A stretch of DNA of 64,000 nt from Candidatus Bathyarchaeota archaeon (GTDB lineage Archaea > Thermoproteota > Bathyarchaeia > 40CM-2-53-6). Numbering within the stretch: the stretch's first letter is position 1; each line of letters opens with the position of its first letter. Below, piece after piece: positions 58,047 to 64,000 of the stretch. The stretch covers positions 448,001-512,000 of the forward strand of contig CAVTBR010000003.1 in NCBI GenBank assembly GCA_963733055.1. Reading direction: 5' to 3'. The position numbers and the translations under genes were made by a program. The notes beneath the pieces are model-generated. The model was not told the origin of the DNA and did not search any database. It worked only from the letters and a program-made list of their open reading frames with translations.

Positions 58047-58934
58047 TTACCCTTCATTTTTGTCTGTGATGAGCCTGTGCTGTTTCGGGCTTCTTTTAGA
58101 CTGTGTGGTTCGTTTCTTTTTGTTTTTCGTCTGTTCAGATTCATTCTTGTCACTTCTTGGAGTTGTGTTAGGGCTTGGTTGAGTGAAGCATTCCCGTATT
58201 CTTTTTTCTGCAAGCTCGCAGTATCTCTTCTCCGTGTCATAGCCCACGTAGTGTCTGCCAGCCTTCAGCGCTGCGATGCAGGTCGTACCACTTCCACAGA
58301 AAGGATCCAGAACAACGTCCCCCCTGAAGGTGTAGAGTTGAATTAGACGGCGCGGCAGATCCTCGGGGAACGGGGCGGGGTGACCTATCCGCTTGGCAGA
58401 AGCGGTATGAATCGACCAGATGCTCTGCGTGTATTCCATAAGCTCGGCGTCGGTAATCGTGCTTTCTCTATTCTCTGCGTTTCTCTCAGACAATCCCTTC
58501 GAGAACACGAGTATCCATTCGTGTACGTCTCGGAGTACTGGATTAGAGGCACTTTTCCAACTCCCCCATGCGGTTGAGACCCCGGCGCTCGCTCCCTTAT
58601 TCCAGATGAACTCTCCTATCATGTCGAATCCGACCTTGTCCATTATTTTGGTAACATAGTTGGTGAGCGGGATGTACGGTTTTCGTCCGATGTTTGCCAT
58701 ATTTATCGCCGCCCTGCCCCCGGTCACCAAGACCCTGTACACCTCATTCATTATTCTCTCCAGAAGCCCCAGGTACTCCTCCATGCTCAGATTCTTGTCA
58801 TACTCCTTCCCCACGTTGTAGGGAGGCGACGTCACAGTCAAAGCAACGCAACTGTCCGGCAATTCCTTCATGTTCTCGCTCGACGAGCAGAAAATCCTAT
58901 CGACCACCTTCTTGGGCAGCGGGTTCTCCGTCAT
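58047..58934 (-). CDS. Beta-class N4-C/N6-A DNA methyltransferase
   Basis: TSPPYNVG precedes HPAPFP and VLDPFCGSGTT; likely start MTENP at 58934. Confidence 0.93.
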   Translation of the reverse strand: MTENPLPKKVVDRIFCSSSENMKELPDSCVALTVTSPPYNVGKEYDKNLSMEEYLGLLERIMNEVYRVLVTGGRAAINMANIGRKPYIPLTNYVTKIMDKVGFDMIGEFIWNKGASAGVSTAWGSWKSASNPVLRDVHEWILVFSKGLSERNAENRESTITDAELMEYTQSIWSIHTASAKRIGHPAPFPEDLPRRLIQLYTFRGDVVLDPFCGSGTTCIAALKAGRHYVGYDTEKRYCELAEKRIRECFTQPSPNTTPRSDKNESEQTKNKKKRTTQSKRSPKQHRLITDKNEG

Positions 58935-59480
58935 CAACCACAACTCCACACTGCTTTTCCGGAGAGACCAGAGACAAGTTCGAGAGCGAGCTTTTCCCGC
59001 GCCGTACCAAACGAGTCGATCATCTCGACGATCTGCTCCAGGCTCGGCGTCCAACAACTCGTCCGATCCACGATGAAAGGGTAACCTAAACTCGGCATTC
59101 TTACGCCCGTTCTCCATTTATGCAATAATATGAATGGAGCCCCAGATGATAATTCATCTGGTCCCTTCGGCCCTTCCGTGTGACCTTTCAAATCAACACC
59201 TAATTCCGCGTGAGTCATAGGGCGAAATCTGACGTCAGTAAGAGCAAGGTTCTCCCCCCCATTAAGGCGAGGCGGCGGAGAGTGCAAAAGTGACCAGGGG
59301 CAATTTTGTTGACGCTCAACCAATTCAGAGCAAACGAGAACGAGCTTATCGCCAATTCCTAGATTTGCTGAAGCAACCGATCATACAAACGCAACGTGAA
59401 TACCTAGATTCTTGAAAGGCAGATGTCCGATGGCTCGCACATACGAAATTGATTAGAATGTCTGGTGCTACCACACCCAT

Positions 59481-60260
59481 ATGACGCATGGATTTGTGAC
59501 TGTGCATCTGGACATTCAGGCACCATGGGACTTTGGAGACCTATGGTTGGCGTCGCTCAAAGCAGCTGTCGAGAAGGTTTTCCAAAACAGGGGCGACGTC
59601 TATGTGATAATAGAGAATGACCCGAAAGCAGATTATGTGGCAATGGGTGGCCTCAAGAGGGGGATGCCGATTCTTCACCTCAATTACGAAGAGCGTTCCA
59701 CTTTCGAGGAGATGCTTCATTCATACCTTGAAGCGGTCCTTGAACATGAGAGAGGTCACATAGACTGTTACAACATAATGCTCAAGCATGATCAGCTTAG
59801 TGCGCCTAGGCTATTCATAAGAAAAGAAGGTAAAACTACTTGGGGAGAGCATACAAAATCCTTCACAAATTTTCTCCGAGATCTCCTGAAGGATGTCGAG
59901 GCCAACTGCCTAATGGAGCCTACATCCTTATCGAAGTACTTGGAGTTTGAATCCGTCAAAGTACTGAGAGCTTGGCGTATGTTTCAGGTTCATTCCAAGG
60001 TCGAAATAATCTTACTGCTCGCTTACATCGAAACGTGCGCAGAGATGGGTAGAGTTCCCGTGCCTAGCCAACTATCTGTCTGGGCCGAGTCGTTGCCAGA
60101 AACGACCGAGGACCGTTTGATTCATACCCAGGCTCAGAGAGTCTTCCGTGCTGTATGGAACGCCGTCAAAGCCAAAAAGCAAACAGTTGATGTCTTGGAG
60201 GAAACGGGTAAACTAAGTGATTTATGCTTCCAACTGTCTGAACCCAACTTCCAGCTCTGA
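59481..60260 (+). CDS. Putative zincin-like metallopeptidase
   Basis: VLEHERGHID (HExxH) with downstream DVEAN. Confidence 0.5.
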   Translation: MTHGFVTVHLDIQAPWDFGDLWLASLKAAVEKVFQNRGDVYVIIENDPKADYVAMGGLKRGMPILHLNYEERSTFEEMLHSYLEAVLEHERGHIDCYNIMLKHDQLSAPRLFIRKEGKTTWGEHTKSFTNFLRDLLKDVEANCLMEPTSLSKYLEFESVKVLRAWRMFQVHSKVEIILLLAYIETCAEMGRVPVPSQLSVWAESLPETTEDRLIHTQAQRVFRAVWNAVKAKKQTVDVLEETGKLSDLCFQLSEPNFQL

Positions 60261-60408
60261 CTTCGGGAGAACTTTCAATTGCTCCGCATCTTCGTTTCCG
60301 TGCTTTCCCGAACCGCCCCGAGTTCTAGACCAATGTAAGTATCGCAGTATGTTCTCCAAGGCAGCAAAATCAGAGCTAAGCTAATAGTATGAACTATAGT
60401 TCTTACAG

Positions 60409-60942
60409 ATGCCTCCGCAGTTAATTACAACAGTATGGACGTCGTGCAGAATGACGACCACAACTAGCTCAGGTTCCAATTTCGGGCCGAAACAGACTAT
60501 TGTAATGGTGATGCTTTTCTTATTCTTAGTCTTAATCTCGATTTTTACTTCTTCTCTTGGGTTCCCTGGGGGGAGGCTCAAACAACCTTCGAATTTGATT
60601 GCAGGGATTCCGTTTCTTGGGATTGCAATCGTATCTCTTGGGCTTACAGCGGTCACGGTTCTAACTGTTCGATCGAACATGAAATTAAGTCGGAAAAGAC
60701 GATGGTTGAATAGACTGGCTAGCGCTTACGCCTGGACAGGCGTCTTAGTTTTTTTCGGCGCTTGGTTTCTCTACGTCAAGGGGTCAGTTATCGGACTGCC
60801 GATTTCAGATGTGGGGATGGTTGTGTTGAACGCATTTTCTGTTATCTGCATTTTTGTCCGATGGGGACTTCGAAGAATAGCCGCTAGCTTAGACCTAGAC
60901 CTTTCGCGGGCTCGATTTACGAGGGGAAACACTAGATCTTGA
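60409..60942 (+). CDS. 4-TM membrane protein
   Basis: Four hydrophobic segments; 21 bp upstream of the ATPase gene. Confidence 0.6.
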   Translation: MPPQLITTVWTSCRMTTTTSSGSNFGPKQTIVMVMLFLFLVLISIFTSSLGFPGGRLKQPSNLIAGIPFLGIAIVSLGLTAVTVLTVRSNMKLSRKRRWLNRLASAYAWTGVLVFFGAWFLYVKGSVIGLPISDVGMVVLNAFSVICIFVRWGLRRIAASLDLDLSRARFTRGNTRS

Positions 60943-60963
60943 TATTCGATAGCGGGGAGATTA

Positions 60964-63843
60964 ATGGGGTATGTGTGTAAGGGCGTAAAGCCACCTTTTC
61001 AGCAGCCAAGGATGGAGTTTCAAGCATTAACGAGCCTGGCAAGCTCTCTCACATCCGCTGGCAATGCTCGTAGTTATGAGGTTTGGTGGGACCGGGCTAC
61101 CAAAGACCTTCACATAGTCGCCGCCGATTTAGAGACCCGAATTGGAAACTATGAAAGACAACTGGAAGCCGCCTACCCATCAATTGCTTTCTACCCTTTG
61201 CCTACCTACCCTGCATGGCTTAGCAAAATCTCTGATTCGAGATTTGTTCAAGCTTACTTCAAGAAGGGCCTGATCTTCACCAAACTGGTGTTCGAAGGTA
61301 AGGGAAACCCGGTAGATCACGTCCTCGAAGCTATCCAGACTACAGATTTCGCTTGGGCCCAACTGGTCTGGCGTGAGAGCGATTGGCATCGCCATGCGGT
61401 TTCACTCTCGACGGCTCTGCGGAGTGAAATTGATCAAGCAAAGCTTGAGGGGCTGAATGAGAAGTCACTAGTACAAATAGGTCCCCAAATGGCCGACGAA
61501 ATCTTGGAGAAGTCGCTAGCGAAGAACATACGTGCTGAATTTAGATTCCTTTGTTCTGGTTCAAGTAACTCGCTTAATGCTGTCGTAAACTCATTGTCGG
61601 TTTTCCAAGGAAGATACGATCAATTAGCTGGGAATGTGTCAAACGTCAGTCCGTCAATCCTTCGGATGTTTGTCGAGAGAAGTTTCGGCAATCACTTCGA
61701 CGATACGCTTAGAGATTACCAGAAGACTTTCTTCGAAAATCGAACGGCTCCCGAATTCCTTCTGCTTACGCCAGACGAACTTGCGTCCTTCTTGCAGTTG
61801 CCAGTCACGAGTGGGTTGCGATTTGTCAAATGGACACGGGCAAAATCTCTCCCGACAATTTCCCCACCCTCCCAACAAGGAGTTCTTTTGGGTTATCAGA
61901 AATCGACGCATCTCCCAATTCGGATAGATTTGAAGGACCTATCGAGGCACACTTACGTCGTTGGCGGCTCAGGAGTCGGCAAGACGACACTCATTCTCAA
62001 CGTTGTGAAGCAGCTTCGAGAATCAAAGACACCTTTAGCGATTCACTTTATTGACCCGCATGGTGACGCATCAAACAAGCTTCTTACCATATTGCCGAAT
62101 TGGGAAGGCGTAACTCTACTAGACCCTACCACAACCACCTTCGCGATAAACCCGCTTCAACTCCCTGCGTACAGATCGCCCGAGGACCGAGAATTCAAAG
62201 TAGAGTGGGTGATCGGCGTTTTCATGCAGATGCTTGAAGCACTTTTCGGCGTCACAACAGTGAAGATGCCACGCCTCACGTTCATTGTCGGAACCAGTTT
62301 ACGTTACCTATACAAAATTACTGACACTCCGACAATGGTCGATCTTTACGCCGTACTTCTCGCCTTACGTGACAGAGATAGACTAAATCAAATTCTCGAC
62401 CAGATGAATGTTGATGATGCTGAGATAACTTCGACGTTAGAGTTCGCAACAAAGTTGCCTGCAGATGCCGTCTTCGCAATCCTAAACAAGATCGGAACAT
62501 TCACTTCCAACCCTTTGCTACGAAAACTCTTCTGTTCTGCACAACCAAATGTCAACTTTGAAGAGTTAATCAAACCTGGCCGTCTTGTGATATGGCGGCT
62601 AGCCAAGGATAGAGTCCCACCTAACGTTCTGATCATGTCAATGAACACGATCGTCCTCACGTTATGGTTCGCTGTTCTCTTCAGAGCCCGCGAATTAGCC
62701 GAAGACCAGCGTTCACCAGTCGTAACGATAGTGGATGAATTTCAGAACTTAGAGGAACTCGCCCTGCTAGATGTGATTCCGAGCGAAGCTAGGAAGTACG
62801 CCATGCCACTCTTCCTGATTCACCAGAACCTAGCGCAACTCAATCTCCAACGTAGGGAAGCAATTCTCGCTAATTTTGCGACGAAAGTTATGTTCCGTCT
62901 GGGTGGAACCGACGCATCATCTTTGGCTGCCGATCTTGATCCGATCAATGCGAAGGAATTAGCCAGTCAGCTTGCGACCTTGGCTGACTTCAATGCACTA
63001 GTGAGGCTTAGAGTTAAAGGGCAAGAAGAGCAGGTCGCTCCCTTCCACTGTTTAACTCTCCCCGATCCACCAACTGTCCAATCACCCGATAGAGTCCGAC
63101 AGTTTGAAGGAAAGATGCGCCAGGAGTTTGGTGCCCCTGAAAGCATCGAGGGTTCCCTAATTGAGAACGCTCTTGAAAGGCGTTGGATCAAACTCTTGAG
63201 TGAACCTCTCCCAGACCCGCTGACTTTCCAGGTACTCGAGACGGTCGTGGCGTTGGGGGATGACGCCTACGCCAAGAAGATAGCTGAAACTCTATCGAAG
63301 GACCGTAGTCGAATCATCTCACCAAAACTAGACGAACTCGAGAAGACTGGTTTCCTAACGTCTGAGGTGGCGACCGAGAGAACCACCCCGGGGAGGCCAC
63401 CAACGATTTTCTCTGTAACCTCAAAGTCCAATGGACTCCTTCTCATGGAAGGCACCGCAGACATGCTCTTAGATGCTCACATGGGCGGACAGGAGGCGAT
63501 CGCGCTCGGCTGTGAGGCGGTGAAACATTATAGAGCGAAAGGATGGTACGTGATTATTCCCCGGCAAGGAGGCACGCTGAGGAAACCAGACCTCGTTACG
63601 ATACCGTTAACACACGATGGGGAGTGGGATCTTCAACGTGCTGTCGCTGTCGAAATTGAAACTCTATCAGAGCTGTCAACACATCCCGAGCAAGTCAAAA
63701 TCAATATGTCCAAGAACTTCGACGTCGGATTCGCATTCGTTGACATTTGGTGCCGTAAAGAGTTCTCTGCAACCCTCGATAACCTTTACAAATCTCTCCC
63801 GCTTGAGAGACAGGAAAAAATCTCAGTAAAATACATCGAATGA
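60964..63843 (+). CDS. VirD4/TraG/HerA-like ATPase with C-terminal winged-helix and nuclease-like domains
   Basis: RHTYVVGGSGVGKT, IDPHGD, IVDEFQN, SEARKY, HQNLAQL; wHTH KIAETLSKDRSRII..LDELEKTGFL..GRPPTIF; KPDLV...AVEIET. Confidence 0.85.
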   Translation: MGYVCKGVKPPFQQPRMEFQALTSLASSLTSAGNARSYEVWWDRATKDLHIVAADLETRIGNYERQLEAAYPSIAFYPLPTYPAWLSKISDSRFVQAYFKKGLIFTKLVFEGKGNPVDHVLEAIQTTDFAWAQLVWRESDWHRHAVSLSTALRSEIDQAKLEGLNEKSLVQIGPQMADEILEKSLAKNIRAEFRFLCSGSSNSLNAVVNSLSVFQGRYDQLAGNVSNVSPSILRMFVERSFGNHFDDTLRDYQKTFFENRTAPEFLLLTPDELASFLQLPVTSGLRFVKWTRAKSLPTISPPSQQGVLLGYQKSTHLPIRIDLKDLSRHTYVVGGSGVGKTTLILNVVKQLRESKTPLAIHFIDPHGDASNKLLTILPNWEGVTLLDPTTTTFAINPLQLPAYRSPEDREFKVEWVIGVFMQMLEALFGVTTVKMPRLTFIVGTSLRYLYKITDTPTMVDLYAVLLALRDRDRLNQILDQMNVDDAEITSTLEFATKLPADAVFAILNKIGTFTSNPLLRKLFCSAQPNVNFEELIKPGRLVIWRLAKDRVPPNVLIMSMNTIVLTLWFAVLFRARELAEDQRSPVVTIVDEFQNLEELALLDVIPSEARKYAMPLFLIHQNLAQLNLQRREAILANFATKVMFRLGGTDASSLAADLDPINAKELASQLATLADFNALVRLRVKGQEEQVAPFHCLTLPDPPTVQSPDRVRQFEGKMRQEFGAPESIEGSLIENALERRWIKLLSEPLPDPLTFQVLETVVALGDDAYAKKIAETLSKDRSRIISPKLDELEKTGFLTSEVATERTTPGRPPTIFSVTSKSNGLLLMEGTADMLLDAHMGGQEAIALGCEAVKHYRAKGWYVIIPRQGGTLRKPDLVTIPLTHDGEWDLQRAVAVEIETLSELSTHPEQVKINMSKNFDVGFAFVDIWCRKEFSATLDNLYKSLPLERQEKISVKYIE

Positions 63844-64000
63844 GTCCGCAAACATAGATAGTGTTGGACAACTGTGCCGGCTTTAGTTCTCTCAGAATAG
63901 CGAAGCTAGTTACAAAGCCTTAGAGTATTGGACATTGCACAACGAGGTATCTCCGTAGAGGAGTCAATCCTGACTCACTCTAGTGAAGTGGCTCTCGGTG

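Larger units (their letters stand above)
55170..64000. mobile_element. tRNA-targeted integrated element (continues beyond the window)
   Basis: att remnant next to a tyrosine integrase, followed by nuclease, methyltransferase and VirD4/HerA-like ATPase genes. Confidence 0.8.

Noticed and set aside
58935-59117. N-terminal 61 aa of the methyltransferase as given in the ORF track
   Set aside because: Methyltransferase-like sequence starts at MTENP (58934); the upstream region is better explained by a small overlapping ORF or promoter.
60409-63843. Crenarchaeal Ced DNA import system
   Set aside because: No CedA1/A2-like pilins visible, the ATPase lacks an N-terminal TM and has extra wHTH/nuclease-like domains, and it lies on an integrated element.
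1-64000. Numerous 60-180 aa ORFs overlapping the called genes (e.g. 8364..8777, 31272..31718, 53334..53864)
   Set aside because: Antisense or off-frame shadows of well-supported genes, with no motifs of their own.

Overview
Archaeal chromosomal window. TATA/BRE-like promoters, frequent TTG/GTG starts, F420-dependent enzymes, archaeosortase-type CTERM tails and KaiC/RAD55-like fusions suggest a Bathyarchaeia/Nitrososphaerota-like organism (inference). From left to right it contains: (1) a respiratory cluster with a sulfocyanin-like cupredoxin, two Gly/Met-rich proteins, a CbsA/EbdC-like haem b protein, a Rieske protein, cytochrome b, a ferric-reductase-like membrane protein and a UbiE/MenG-like methyltransferase; (2) a bacterioferritin-like protein, Amt, a membrane receptor-like protein with an inactive KaiC domain, kdpABC, an APC permease, an apparently permuted MscL and F420 enzymes; (3) a 20-kb sugar/amino-sugar catabolic island (Opp-type ABC transporter, three SIS proteins, two PfkB kinases, epimerase, BadF kinase, F420-dependent dehydrogenase, pseudo-HAD); (4) a Zn/Mn ABC transporter with a NikR-like regulator and a MarR/VOC module; (5) two tRNA 3'-end remnants (49103, 55170) bracketing a KaiC-STAND-TPR gene, two PEF-CTERM-like surface proteins and an unannotated 26-codon gene; (6) an integrated element running off the right edge, with a tyrosine integrase, a stand-alone restriction-type nuclease, a DNA methyltransferase, an HExxH protein, a membrane protein and a VirD4/HerA-like ATPase fused to wHTH and nuclease-like domains. 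At least six genes carry single +1 insertions, most likely sequencing errors. Best candidates for undescribed systems are the inactive-KaiC receptor/STAND pair, the ATPase-wHTH-nuclease module of the integrated element, and the putative fructosamine/amino-sugar pathway. All calls come from reading motifs by eye; no searches were run.
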